64,000 nt of DNA from Eledone cirrhosa. Lineage: Eukaryota. The position numbers and the translations under genes were made by a program. Location: assembly GCA_964016885.1 (NCBI GenBank), contig OZ024740.1, forward strand, positions 165,478,001-165,542,000. Direction: 5' to 3'. The notes below the pieces were generated by a model, which was not told the DNA's origin, ran no database searches, and worked only from the letters and a program-made list of their open reading frames with translations. Positions 12,910-25,447 of the stretch are shown one piece after another. Positions within the stretch are counted from its first letter, which is position 1, and every line of letters starts with the position of its first letter.

Positions 12910-15900
12910 CGTATTTAAGAAAGCCACAACAATGCAAAGGGAAATCTCGAGGTGGGAAGTGATATATAGATAGGAAAAACAGGTGAAAGTGAAAGTTGAG
13001 AGAGACAAAGATGAAAACAAAACAAAGGTAGAAGGGTTACCGTAGTAGAGATTTAATCCCAATATTTCGGGCTCACGCCCATCAACGGGGGAAGAGTTCC
13101 AAAAGGGGGGAAAACAGGCCAAGGGGAGAAAGTGGTGATGTCGTTAAGACAGGAATGCCGTTATGGGGAGAAAAATATTAAACAATTTAAACGAGGGAAA
13201 GAATGCGCGTGCGCGTGATAAGCTGTGGCAAAAGCTACTGACCAAATGGGTTAAATCAAGAGGGTGCGTAAGCGTGTGAAAGCCGTAAGATATGTGTATG
13301 TAAATATATATGTGTGTGTGACTGTGTGTATATAAGTGTAAGTGTGTATATGTGTGAGTGTGTGTGTGTGTGAAAGATAGTGGGCTGTAGAAGTTGGAAA
13401 TCAAAGGGTGTGAAAGGTGGTAGGTTGTAAAATATGTGTGCGTGTATAAATATAGATGTGTGTGTGTGTGTAAGCGTATGGGTATACATGTGTGTGTGTA
13501 ACTGTGTGTGTATATGTGTGAGTGCGTTTGTGTGTGAAAGATAGTGGGCTGTAGAAGCTGGAAATCAAAGGGTGTGAAAGGTGGTAGGTTGTAAAAACAT
13601 GTGTACGTGTAAAATATAGAAGTGTGTGTGCATGCGTATGGGTATGCATATACGTGCGTGTGTGTGAAGATAGCAGGCCGTAGGCTGTGAATGGTCATTA
13701 TGGTTAAGTTAGCCATGTCAGCTCATTTCTCTCAGCCCGGTTGTTAAGTGGGGGTCTGAGGTTCTTAATAACAAGTGCTTCCTTTATCCTTAAGGATCCG
13801 ATGCTGCGTTCAGTCGCTAGGACTGTGACCAAGGGTCTACCTTGTGGGTTTCCGCATTTAAGGATATGTTTACGGAAGGAAGATGCGTTGGTGTTGATAT
13901 GTTCCTTGATACGAACATGTAGGGGTCGGATGGTGCTACCTATGTAAAACTTGTTACATTTATCGCATTGAATCTTATATACGACATAGGTGCGTAGGCA
14001 ATCTGCCCCCCGTATCGGGCAGTTGCTGAGGGAACACGTCCCATCTGCCTCGTAGGGTTTGTTGGAGAGGCATCTTCGCAGCGAAGGTCCTGTGTGGGCC
14101 AAATGTATGTCAAGTCCCTCCGTCCGTATGGCCCTGCGGATGGCGTTCGTGGTATATTCACTCAGGTGGGGGATTTTAAAGAAGCACCTGCTAATATTAA
14201 GTTTTCTAGTGGGTGTCAGTCTACTGGGTCTGGGGTCTCTAATTCCGTTAATCAGTCGCTTGGGATAACCATTAGATCTGAGTAGATTACGGAATTGCGT
14301 GGTATGGGTGAGACCACCCATCGGGTCGCTGCATCTGTTAGTGATCCGTGTCAGTTCATTTAGGACATAGCCTCTCTTAGCGTTGTTGGGGAGGGCTGAG
14401 TTATAATGCACAAATAAGTCCTTGCACGCTGCTTTGCGGTAGAAAGTGGTGTTTATGTCTCCTTCTTCCGAGATGTTGATACGGAAGTCGAGGAGGGCGA
14501 GTGACCCGTCTTCTCCTGGATGTTCGATGGTGAAATCGATGTGTTGGTCAGTATCGTTGAAGATTTGGTGAATTTCATTCGCCATCTCCCGGGAAGAAGT
14601 AAGTATCAGGATATCATCAACGTATCTGGAGTAGAAGGCGACGGCGTTGGGTTGGCAGGTATTGAGTGCCTTGCGTTCCAGGTGGTCCATGTACGAGATC
14701 GCAAGTATGCCGGACAGACTAGAGCCCATAGGTAGCCCAGAGATTTGTTTGTACGTGTGGCCGAGGAAATTGAAGAGTGCATTATCCACAACGAAGGAGA
14801 GGAGTTGGTGGATGTCCGTGTGTGTGAGTCCGAAGCAGTGTAAGTTAGATGCTCGGACTCGTTCGGTCAACAGGTCGACAGCTGGGGATGCTGGTACGGA
14901 GGTATAAAGGGCGACCACATCAAGACTGAAGGCATAACCGTTGTCCTTTCTGGTGTTGGGCGCCAAATGGTGTAGTCGCTCCAAGACTTCCTTTGAGCTG
15001 CAGACGTGGGCTGGTAGTGTGTGTAGAATAGGTTTCAGTAGTGTGGAGAGCAGCCACGATATTTTATAGAGTGGGCCCTCCACGCTAGAGACAATGGGCC
15101 TGATTTTCAAATCGGGTCCTTGTTTATGTGTTTTGACCAGGTGGTAGAAGGTGGGTAATTTGCTGTTTCGAGTCATTATGTTGTTTTTTACCTTCTTTGG
15201 CAGTTTTCGTTGGACACAGATGTTAGTCCATATGGTGTTAATGCCTTCCTCGATTAGAGTCGAGGAGGTCCCTGTGACTTTCGAGTAGAGGCTGTGGTCA
15301 TTAAGATGTTGGAGAGCTAAGTTGTTGTAGGTCTCTCTCGAGATGACACAGAATTCTTTCCCCTTGTCAGAGGGAAGGTACACAAGGTTCCTGGATCTTA
15401 GGTTGGTGAGAGTATTAAATTGTGCATTGGTGAGGTTGCGTTTATTGTGTGTGTGTGTGTGTTGGGAAAGGATGTTAGAGATAGAATGTTTCAACCTGAG
15501 TGGTTTAGTGTCAAGTTCGTGGTTGGTGGGTGGGGGGTGGAGTGGGTTGTCGAGGTGATACGTGGGGAGTGTGGGGTGGGTTGTGGGGTTGTAATCGATC
15601 TCGGTGTTGTTTTGGATGGCGGTTAGCCATTTCAGTTGATAAGCTGTCCGACAGAAGTTGGTTTCGATGTCGAGTTTCAGTCTATCATCGAGACGCTGTG
15701 TAATGATGAACTTGGGTCCGAGGCGCAGAAGTTCGAGTTCGTCGTTGGTGAGGGTACCGGTTAAGTCGGTAACGAGGTGTGAAGCATCGTTGGTAGGTAG
15801 ATCGATGTTGGGGGGTGTAGCGGAGGGTGTTGTACAGCTGTTGCCCCTGGTGTGGTTGTAGTCGGTCCGTCTGTGGGAGCGGATGTTGTCAATGTAGTAT

Positions 15901-15998
15901 TTGTTTACAGTCCATTCGTATTTCCGTACGAGGCGCTGTTTATCAAATTTGACTCTGGTGTGGTAACACTGATCTATAGCTTTGCGTATATCCTGGAC
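12906..15998 (-). mobile_element. Penelope-like retroelement, family C (5'-truncated)
   Basis: Long RT plus GIY-YIG ORF; 3' UTR with a ~170-bp tandem duplication; 3' end in (TA)n. Confidence 0.93.
13704..15494 (-). CDS. PLE reverse transcriptase plus C-terminal GIY-YIG endonuclease (596 aa open; real N-terminus probably further upstream and disrupted)
   Basis: PSDKG, FYHLVKTHK, RPIVS, SLDVVALYTSV, QISGLPMGSSLS, RYVDDI, FYRK; Cys-rich linker, VVYKIQC..C..FYIGST.R.L..R..EH, KEAL and LN motifs. Confidence 0.95.
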   Translation of the reverse strand: MKHSISNILSQHTHTHNKRNLTNAQFNTLTNLRSRNLVYLPSDKGKEFCVISRETYNNLALQHLNDHSLYSKVTGTSSTLIEEGINTIWTNICVQRKLPKKVKNNIMTRNSKLPTFYHLVKTHKQGPDLKIRPIVSSVEGPLYKISWLLSTLLKPILHTLPAHVCSSKEVLERLHHLAPNTRKDNGYAFSLDVVALYTSVPASPAVDLLTERVRASNLHCFGLTHTDIHQLLSFVVDNALFNFLGHTYKQISGLPMGSSLSGILAISYMDHLERKALNTCQPNAVAFYSRYVDDILILTSSREMANEIHQIFNDTDQHIDFTIEHPGEDGSLALLDFRINISEEGDINTTFYRKAACKDLFVHYNSALPNNAKRGYVLNELTRITNRCSDPMGGLTHTTQFRNLLRSNGYPKRLINGIRDPRPSRLTPTRKLNISRCFFKIPHLSEYTTNAIRRAIRTEGLDIHLAHTGPSLRRCLSNKPYEADGTCSLSNCPIRGADCLRTYVVYKIQCDKCNKFYIGSTIRPLHVRIKEHINTNASSFRKHILKCGNPQGRPLVTVLATERSIGSLRIKEALVIKNLRPPLNNRAERNELTWLT

Positions 15999-16343
15999 TT
16001 ATACTTGGGGAGGGTCATATTTGTGTAATATTGCCAGAATTAATAACAGAACACACTCACTGTTTGGTTGGTTTTCGCTTTTCGCTTCTGTGTCTTTTAT
16101 ATCGGTTAATTTAATTTATTCGGTCCTCAATGTTGCCATTGACTGACCGACGGCAAAAATACAGATACAATATAGACACAAACACATATATATAGTCTAT
16201 CAAAGTTCTTTCGTTGCACATATGCAATATCGTCAGTGTTGCTATTGTTTCCTCCCGTTGCATTGTATGTCTACGCCATCTTTATTTACTATAACAATAT
16301 TTGTTTCGACACACGATTTCATATCAAAAACCTCGCAAAACTA
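15999..16343 (-). mobile_element. Solo family A pLTR (inverted) plus direct tail; HHR motif at 16199-16240
   Basis: Reverse complement of ~2945-3237, followed by the TATAACAATATTTGTTTCGACACACG tail also seen at 29320-29373. Confidence 0.88.
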
Positions 16344-16399
16344 TATATATATTCATCGTCTCTCTTTTATTAAGTATTAGATCTAGCGTTAGCACATTC

Positions 16400-17330
16400 A
16401 GAAGAGGCGAGGGGAAGCAGCCTTAACGTAACGAGCGCATGATACTGAAAGGTAAAGCAAGAGCTGGAAGTTGTGGAGCTTTTCAGGATTGTATACGTCT
16501 ATGTCTCCACATTCCGTACAACATCTTAAAATTCCCATTTAGGAGATTTCCTGTTCTGCTACCTGTTCAGGTCGGCAGCAACTAAAACGTCGCCGAACAA
16601 CTCCGGCATATTAGGGGAAAGTGAGTCGCAACAGGCAATTAGGAAGGCACTAACGTCCCTCCTGCGATTCGACCCGCTGTATGTCCCAAACATTTCAACA
16701 AATTTCCGCAAAAAAGCCGCACACCTTTGTTTGGAATCATGCGCTAATCGTGACCAGTTAAGGATAAAATTGTGACTTTGTTCCTATGATTCACCTTTGC
16801 CACTCGAGCTCATCCAATGAATTTCGTCCCCTCGTGTCTGACATCACGAGCTTTCTCTCTGAGAATGCAGCCCTGTTTGTGTCGAAGTATTAAACGAGCG
16901 CCAATCTCACCACTTTCTCTTCGTCTAATCTATTTCTCTATAACTATTCCCTTACAAAACGTTTTCGATTCTACACTAATCACCCTTTCGATTCTACACT
17001 AATCAGTGCAGACCACCATTTGGTTTTCAAGATTTGAACCAATAAAACCCACTTAATTAGTTCGCCAATCCGACTCCCTAAATCTTCACCCGCTGGAAAT
17101 AAGGCATTCAGCATTTAGTAACCCTGGCTCTCTACCTAAGTTGCCTAGCTATGTCGACCTCACAGATCACAAATTTATATCATGGACAACCCAAACTAAT
17201 GCTAATTATAGAATACCCTATCTAGATACAATTTGGATGAACCGATACGGTTTGATCATAGTCACATTAGCACATTCGTGAAATCCAGTCGGTACTTATC
17301 CTACAGCTGGAAACGTTCGAAAAGGTTTAT
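16400..17330 (-). pseudogene. Degraded L1/Tx1-type LINE ORF2 fragment (endonuclease end to RT start)
   Basis: Minus-strand pieces read YLDRVF, KFVICEVDI, PGY.MLNA, QGCILREKAR, CAAFLRKFVEMFG and MPELFGD. Confidence 0.55.
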
Positions 17331-17813
17331 CAAGAATTTTACACCTTCTCTTCTATCTGCTAACCTACACAATTCCATCGTGCATCCAAGATAATGTTCC
17401 AGTCTTCTACTAATTCTAAAGCACGGGGCATGCATAAATGTAGCCGTTCTTTCATTGTCGGAGGCAAAGAGGATTGGTCACGTCCATCACCAGCGACTGA
17501 CCTTCTATTCCAGGAAAATGTTTCATGACCTTTCCGAAAACAACACAGGGATTTTAACTCCATATCCAAGATGACATCTATATGTATAAAACACGTAGCC
17601 AACAAGGATAGGCGTGATGGCTCGTCATTGAGCTTAGGACATTGCTTCCGAAGCAACCCCAGGTCACATATACCTACATTGTTTATTCTTTGTAAAGCCT
17701 GGTTGGATAAATAGAAGGTATGGGAGAAGAACCACACCTTATACCTATGGATCATGAGTATGTGATTTAGTAGTTGTGGGTTATTTTGTGTGGTGTTTAT
17801 ACATACACACACA

Positions 17814-17875
<62 letters not shown>

Positions 17876-17881
17876 TTTACA

Positions 17882-17961
<80 letters not shown>

Positions 17962-17967
17962 TATATA

Positions 17968-18180
17968 ATAGTTTCTGAGTTAGGCACACGGCCATCAAAT
18001 TTTGGGGAGGGGAAAGTCGATTAAATCGACCCCAATGCGTGACTGGTACTTTATTTTATCGACCCCGCAAGGATGAAAGGCAAAGCTAACCTCGGTGAGA
18101 TTTGAACGCAGAACGTAAAGCACCGTAACTCTGCCGCGAAGCAGGGTGCCCGATGTTCAACCAATACTATCAATCCACCA
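17968..18180 (-). mobile_element. tRNA-derived SINE
   Basis: Same core (TTATCGACCCCG.AAGGATGAAAGGCAAAG) as the other copies. Confidence 0.8.
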
Positions 18181-18984
18181 CAGTAATCATTATATATATA
18201 TAATGATTAAATAAAAGAGCAATAAAATCATCATTAGTAACGGCAACTTATCCGTTAACGTTAATTACAAACCTCTATACATCATATACAAAACTGAACG
18301 AACGCTTTGAACAATACTTCATTCATTGGAAGAAATCATACACAGACAATTCACTGTTGTGTGATGGAGTCAGTAAACCTTAGAATAGTACCCTGCTCTA
18401 AAATTAGTACTGCTCTAACTTAACAATACACGATAGCGGAATACTCATTACGTATAGAGTGATACAGCTCTATCCCGTATTGGATTATTGTTGTTATCGT
18501 TGGTAGCGGTGAAGTTGTTGATGTTGGGTCGCCCTCGCTCACCTATAATGAAACACCTATTTACGATGGTTTGAAGTCTAATAACAGAGCTTTACACAGT
18601 TTATGGTTGCGTACATGTATATATTTAATTTTAATTACCTAATTACTGTAATTTATTTACTCTATTCTTATCTCTGAAGCCGGGAATCATTCGGTTTCCT
18701 AGTAGAACTGTAGTCTACGACTTCAGTTATACAATGTACGTGGTTTTGTCTTTGCGTGTAATTGTTCTCACCGCTCCACATAATGACGTATTATCTTCAT
18801 TTTTTCCGTTCATTGCCAGAGAACGTGTCCGTGAACCAAAGTATCGTCTTCCTGTCTTCCTTCGGTTGCAACGTTTTTTTGAAATATTTACTTCTGCGTT
18901 CACATATTGATTTTTTTAGTTTCAGAAGATCCCTTTAAGGGCGAAACAGCGATTCTTGGCTTAAACTTTAATCTGTTATTTAAT

Positions 18985-19047
<63 letters not shown>

Positions 19048-19053
<6 letters not shown>

Positions 19054-19533
19054 ATACTTTGGGAGGGTCATGTTGCCAATAAGAAACACACGCACCAGTA
19101 GCTTTCACTCCAATTTATTATAAATAAAAAAAAAAATTTGTTTTAATTTTTTCCAAAAATTTATAAATTTCCGGTTGGTTGGTTCCACAACCGGACGGTT
19201 GTTCATATATTGCCAAGGTTCTTTCGTCACACATTCTGTGACCTCTTCAGTGTCTGGGGATTCTTTTCTTTGTTTTGTGCCTCTCCTCTGTTCTGTCCTA
19301 CGCCATCTTGTTTTTGTGTATATTGTCTGCTTAGTTTGCGCATGTGTTACATCCGGGTGTCTGTATGTGTTTAAAAAAAAAAAAAAAAATTGTATTAATT
19401 TATAATAAATTCGAGTGAAAGCAACTGGTGCGTGTGTTTCTCATTGGCAACATGACCCTCTCAAAGTATCACAATATCGGTTTCAACACACGTTTTCAGA
19501 TAAAGAATCTTGCTAAACAAATTCAGAAACGAT
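19048..19533 (-). mobile_element. Short family B PLE remnant (inverted pLTR, then direct pLTR end plus tail); degenerate HHR at 19212-19254
   Basis: Matches 30917-31300 and 35460-35781; flanked by (TA)n. Confidence 0.88.
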
Positions 19534-19942
19534 ATATATATATACTAGTGCATTGTATCATGTACACAGATCAGTATTCTGATGATTTGGTCGGGCATCG
19601 ACTGTAATTAAAGTCCAGTAACATGACTTCTAATGATCAGCGACTTTTAGACACACCGGACTAATGAAACAATTGTTAATAATGTAATTAAACCCTACTG
19701 TACAGCTGCCCATGTTATTCTTCATTCCTTTACTATTATTACTCCAAGAACCGACTGCCTAGGAACTTTCTTAAACAGGCCACTCGAACTATCCTCGATA
19801 CAGAGTACTCATAACCTCTAGTATATATATATAAATATGTATATGTATATAAATATTTATATATATGTATGTGTCTATGTGTGTGTGTGAGCGTGTTTGT
19901 GTGTGTGTCTGTCTGTCTGTGTGCTGTGTGAATGGATGTGAG

Positions 19943-20118
19943 CATTGCCGGATTTACCATTGTGCTCAGGCGTGCTTATGCACAGGGCCCCGATGGCCAG
20001 GGCGGCCCCTCTTCCTGCCAAAATGATTTTTTACGATGAATTACCCTATTTAGGGCCCAAGTAAGAGGCCTCATAATTTAACTGGCACAGGGCCTCATTT
20101 ATCCTAAATCCAGCACTG
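19943..20118. mobile_element. hAT-type MITE
   Basis: TIRs CATTGCCGGATTTA / TAAATCCAGCACTG; 8-bp TSD GATGTGAG / GGTGTGAG. Confidence 0.75.
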
Positions 20119-20441
20119 GGTGTGAGTGTATGCATATATTGAATACTCGATAACGTAAGCTGAAACATTTATTGCCGTATAATAATTATACTTAACCTTC
20201 ACTTCTATATTTCCAAGTCTATAAGGAACTTAAGATCTAAACGTCTCCTGAAGCACAAGAATTCAGTTTGGTAATTTGAAACCGCTATTTTGGTCTTCGG
20301 TGCAGTACACACTATTGTAATCCACCAGACTACTGCTATAAGCAAAACATTTGCTTGGAACCCTTTATTAACTAGCATATTACAATTATTATACCACAAT
20401 GTGTGTATATATGTATGTTCGTGTGCATATATTTATGTAGG

Positions 20442-20488
<47 letters not shown>

Positions 20489-20591
20489 AAGCATGTATGC
20501 GATGCATTTACACACAGGCACATATATACACACATATATACATATATATATATATATATGACTGTGTGTATGAATACCTATCTATCTCTCC

Positions 20592-20705
<114 letters not shown>

Positions 20706-20754
20706 GAATAAATATGTGTGAGAGAGAGTAAGTATATTTATCTATCTATATCTA

Positions 20755-20812
<58 letters not shown>

Positions 20813-20816
<4 letters not shown>

Positions 20817-21130
20817 GGAGGTGAGTTTTATTGTAGTACAATAAAGCAATGCAAATATCGGATAAGTAGCACTCTACAGTTTGTAGGACTGGAGTATAAA
20901 TAATATAAGATCAAAAGATGGTTAAAAGAGTTCCAAGTATTTTATTATGCGCATTTCAAAAACAAATATCATCATGAGATGACATTTGCGTTTTCGTCAG
21001 ATAAAATAGGGATACATGATATGAAGGTTAAAAAACATTTGTGAATAGTGAATAGTGAAGTTTTAAATCAACATATGTTGATTTAAAACTTAACTAAAAA
21101 TACTTGGAACTCTTTTAACCATCTTTTGAT

Positions 21131-21135
<5 letters not shown>
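20813..21135 (-). mobile_element. Family D pLTR remnant in (TA)n with HHR at 20938-21008 (minus strand) and a short inverted end at 21097-21135
   Basis: Homologous to 54890-55170 and 57620-57790. Confidence 0.88.
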
Positions 21136-21173
<38 letters not shown>

Positions 21174-21211
21174 AGAGAAAGAGAAAGAGGGGGATAGAGA
21201 GAAAGAGAGAT

Positions 21212-21274
<63 letters not shown>

Positions 21275-21989
21275 CGGGCTGGCTAACGGACGGACAGATA
21301 GATAAGTATCAGAAAGAAATTGTTTATAATTATACTTCAAAGGCTACGAACGGTAACAAGACACAGGCTAGAAGGGAAATACAGAAATGAAAGTTCAGAG
21401 AAACATAAAATAGAATAGAAATATTGAGATAAATAGTCGGACATCTAAGGGTAACACCTACCTGATAGCTTCCAATTAACAAGTAAACAAGACCTATCAA
21501 CAAAATACTAATGTGTTCTTTTAGAAGTTTTAAAATTGAAAGTAAAAGTAGACAAGCTGTATAGAATTTTGTTATTGGTATTTCATAAGTACGCTCTCTC
21601 AATAATCTCAAAAGTATGAGGCACTTATTTGGTAAATGGTAACAAAAGAATTAGTTCTTTTTCTATTCTTCTCCTTCACTGCCTATCTACTATCTCCCGA
21701 TTCGTCTGTTTTTAACCATTTTTCTTTTCTGTTTGTGTTTATTTTTTTTCATCCTGCTTCACACTCGCTATATCTTTGGAAAATATTATAAAAAATATCA
21801 GTAACTATCTTCTCATACTCATTGTACTTATCTCTTTGTATCTCGTTTTTCGTTTGTATTTTCTCACCATCTCCCTATCTCTTTTTACCCCTCTATATAT
21901 ATTTTCTCTCTCTCCCTATATATATACATCTTATATAGCTAGTCAACAGATAGATAGGCACACAAACAGATAAACAGAGAGACATTAGG

Positions 21990-22170
21990 CCGGTGGATTG
22001 GCAGTATAGGTAGAGGGTCGGACGCCATGCTTTGACGCATTGAGTTACGGCCCTTGCCATTCTGATTTCAAATCCCGCCGAGGTCAACTTTGCCTTTCGG
22101 GGTCGATAAAAATAAAGTACCAGTAATATACTAGGTAATTGCTGGCCATGTGCCAAAAAGTAGAAACAAT
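21990..22170 (+). mobile_element. tRNA-derived SINE
   Basis: GGTGGATTGGCAGTATAGG...GATTTCAAATCCCGCCGAGG head and shared core. Confidence 0.85.
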
Positions 22171-22220
22171 TATACATATACATAGGTACCAAAAACAAAA
22201 CGAAGATTACCAGGTATCTT

Positions 22221-22336
22221 TTACTTTTCGTTACCTCATCTTACAGTCCATTTTGAACTGTTTAGCCTTTTATGTCTTTCAACGTTATATATTATATACA
22301 ATGCTTCAAGCAAACTACAACATTTTAATATATATG

Positions 22337-22375
<39 letters not shown>

Positions 22376-22411
22376 ATATATATATATATATATAATATTA
22401 TATATATATAT

Positions 22412-22451
<40 letters not shown>

Positions 22452-22582
22452 CATATATATATATATACCCATATATATTAAAATGTTGTAGTTTGCTTGA
22501 AGCATTGTATATAATATATAACGTTGAAAGACATAAAAGGCTAAACAGTTCAAAATGGACTGTAAGATGAGGTAACGAAAAG

Positions 22583-22585
<3 letters not shown>
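22221..22585. repeat. ~120-bp perfect inverted repeat around a (TA)n spacer
   Basis: 22221-22340 is the reverse complement of ~22465-22585. Confidence 0.92.
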
Positions 22586-22626
<41 letters not shown>

Positions 22627-22700
22627 CATCATCATCAGGTCGAGCTTGCTCGGCTTTCTACGACACGTTTCCTCCATCCATCTCTGTCTCTCATAGCGTT
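22627..22700 (-). mobile_element. RTE LINE 3' end fragment with a (GAT)n tail
   Basis: The minus strand reads [20 protein letters not shown] followed by TGATGATGATG. Confidence 0.55.
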
Positions 22701-22726
22701 TGCATACATATATATATGTATATGTA

Positions 22727-22787
<61 letters not shown>

Positions 22788-23313
22788 TGAGAGAGAGAGA
22801 GAGAGTGAGAGAGAGAGGGGGTTACAGAGAGAGACAGAGACCGAGAAAGAGAAAGAGAGAGATGAATATATATATATATATATCTAGCTAGCTACTTAGA
22901 TAGATAGATAGATAGATAGATAGAAGTATTTGTGATTATTTGTAATGTAGCATAACCTACATTGCATTCGCCACATTCCTAGAAAAATGTCAACACAGTT
23001 ACCATGGAGATGTATTGCTAATATTGCGAAATCACAAGACCTCGTTCTTTGCAGCCAGTGTGTTTCTGGCTTACACCTAAGAAATAATCACCGCCATTAT
23101 GCCTCATCTACAGCAGCCAGTATAACAACAGTATCATCATGATTAGAAACAGCATAGTAATTGCTGTAAATATCATCATCACCAAATTAATAAACAGACG
23201 GAAAATGACATTATTGTTGATGATAGAGACACGGGAGGCATAGATAGAGGCGGGAATGTATACGCATATATGTACGCACACATATGTATATATAATTACA
23301 CACAAACACACAC

Positions 23314-23408
<95 letters not shown>

Positions 23409-23410
<2 letters not shown>

Positions 23411-23572
23411 CAAAGAATATGTGGTAAGATACGAGGTGGAACCTAAAGCACCAGAGTACTCGATACTTAGGTTAGTAGAGTGGGTAATAGGAAAAGAGTC
23501 AGGACCACGACGGCTGAGATCTGGCCGTTTGGACAGCTAGATCCGAACTGTTCGGATCTAGCTGACTCTTTT

Positions 23573-23575
<3 letters not shown>
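23409..23575 (-). mobile_element. Short family F PLE-type remnant with terminal hairpin
   Basis: Diverged homolog of 59946-60146; hairpin at 23534-23564; ends in ...CCTAT|(TA)n. Confidence 0.7.
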
Positions 23576-23614
<39 letters not shown>

Positions 23615-23620
<6 letters not shown>

Positions 23621-23740
23621 TAACAGATTAAAGTTTAAGCAAATAATCGCTGCTTTCACCCTTAACGGGATCTGCTTTGATTAAACTTTAATCTGTTATT
23701 TTAATAAATATCTGCTCTATGGTTCTTATATATCTGATAT
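23615..23740. mobile_element. Small inverted-end remnant related to 18925-18985
   Basis: TAAAATAACAGATTAAAGTTTAA ... TTAAACTTTAATCTGTTATTTTA inverted pair; shares GATCCC.TTAAGGG.GAAA.CAGCGATT with 18928-18954. Confidence 0.6.
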
Positions 23741-25447
23741 ATATATATCCTCATCGAGCCCTCTTTGGATTTTAGTCTTCAAATTTATTATTATTATTAT
23801 ATATATATAAAAACAATTTGATTCGTTAGTTCTTCAACTATCTCCAAATAAGGACATGATACTAACATGCTACTAATTCTGAGTAAAATTATTATTGAAT
23901 AAAATTATTATTGCTTTTGAAAACAGCTGGTGATATGCATGTAAGTAAATATTCTCTCTATCTGATAGTTTGTAAACTTACATAGATCAATAACTGAGTA
24001 TAGATACAAGTATTATCACCATCTAGAAACGATTGTAAAGCAGTGAAGTATATCTCTAATGACTTGATTTTTTATTTCATAGTTTTAACTTATATCATGA
24101 CTCTGTTTTCCTTTTAATGTTTTATTCTTTTCTAAGATTTATCTTAACCTACAACATTTTCAACATATGGATTACATTGAGTTCTTCATACAGAATAGAC
24201 CCCACAACTTATAGTGGATACCTCTGTGTATATATATATTACTATATATATATATTTGTTATATAGTAAGGTGTATTATTGGTTGTGCAAAACGGTCCAA
24301 TAAATTTTTTGTTAGCAATATTAAGTTCTCCACGCTTTAGTATATCTCCAATTCCATTCAAGGGAACAGCTAGATGATGTAAAACGGAGTATTAGTATCA
24401 ACATTAAAATCCGAAGGCAAGGTTAAATTTCCAATCATTTTAATCACAACACATGTTTCAATAAAGCCCAAGGCCCGTATGACGTGAAATCGCACTTACT
24501 GACACCTTAACCCAAATACCCAACCCTACACGGATCCCCTTTCTGGCCCACATAGCGGTTGCTTGCACGCACAGATTTGGGGACTCGGATTCTCAATGGG
24601 ACAGCGGTACATACTGAGTTCGATATGAGCTGATTGCTTACTCTTCACATGGATGTATATATACCTAGACATACACTTTTTTGGACGATACGGATGTGTA
24701 TATACCATAACATACACTATTTGGATGTTACAATTCAATCTATACACGTATAGCAGAACCCTGAATTGAACTTGTGTGTGTAGGTTTGTGTGTATGGGGC
24801 TGTGGTTGACCCAATATTTCCAATTTGCATCGTCAAATTGTGATTTAACCAATGTTTGTTGTTTTGTAAACTAACTTTAGGTGAATGCTATGTTGGTATA
24901 TTCTTATATTTATTGTTTTTTCTTTGACATCGCTTCAGTGTGTGTGAGAGTGTGTGTGTACTCACTCACACTAATTGTGACCATCTATAGTTCTACAGAC
25001 ATGATATTGTGTTGATGTGTGTATATATATTTATATATCTTTCCTTTGACTTCGAGTCGGTGTGTGTGGTTGTTTTGTGTGTATGTACCCACTCGCATTA
25101 ACTGTGACCGACTATTTTTACAAATTTGATTGATATCCAGCGTCTTTTGCAGCTATTGCGATATAGAAATTTGATAGTTTTATGACCTTAACTGAAGTTG
25201 ATAGCAGTCGCCGCATTTTGAATGCTAGATCTTCATATGATGGAATAAACTCTGTGAGTGAACATTGCTAATTTTCTCCCTCATATCAAGAATTTGAAGA
25301 CAATTCATTTTCACCTGATGAGGTCAGTTATAATTGATCATGGCTTCACGATGGATCTATCCCTTATTGAAAAATGTGTCTTGATTAAAATCATTGGAAA
25401 TTTTACCTTGCCTTCGGTTTTTCATTTTGATATATATATATATAAAT

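Noticed and set aside
25315-25345. CTGATGA followed by a hairpin (similar case at 19579)
   Set aside because: No GAAA or stem III follows.
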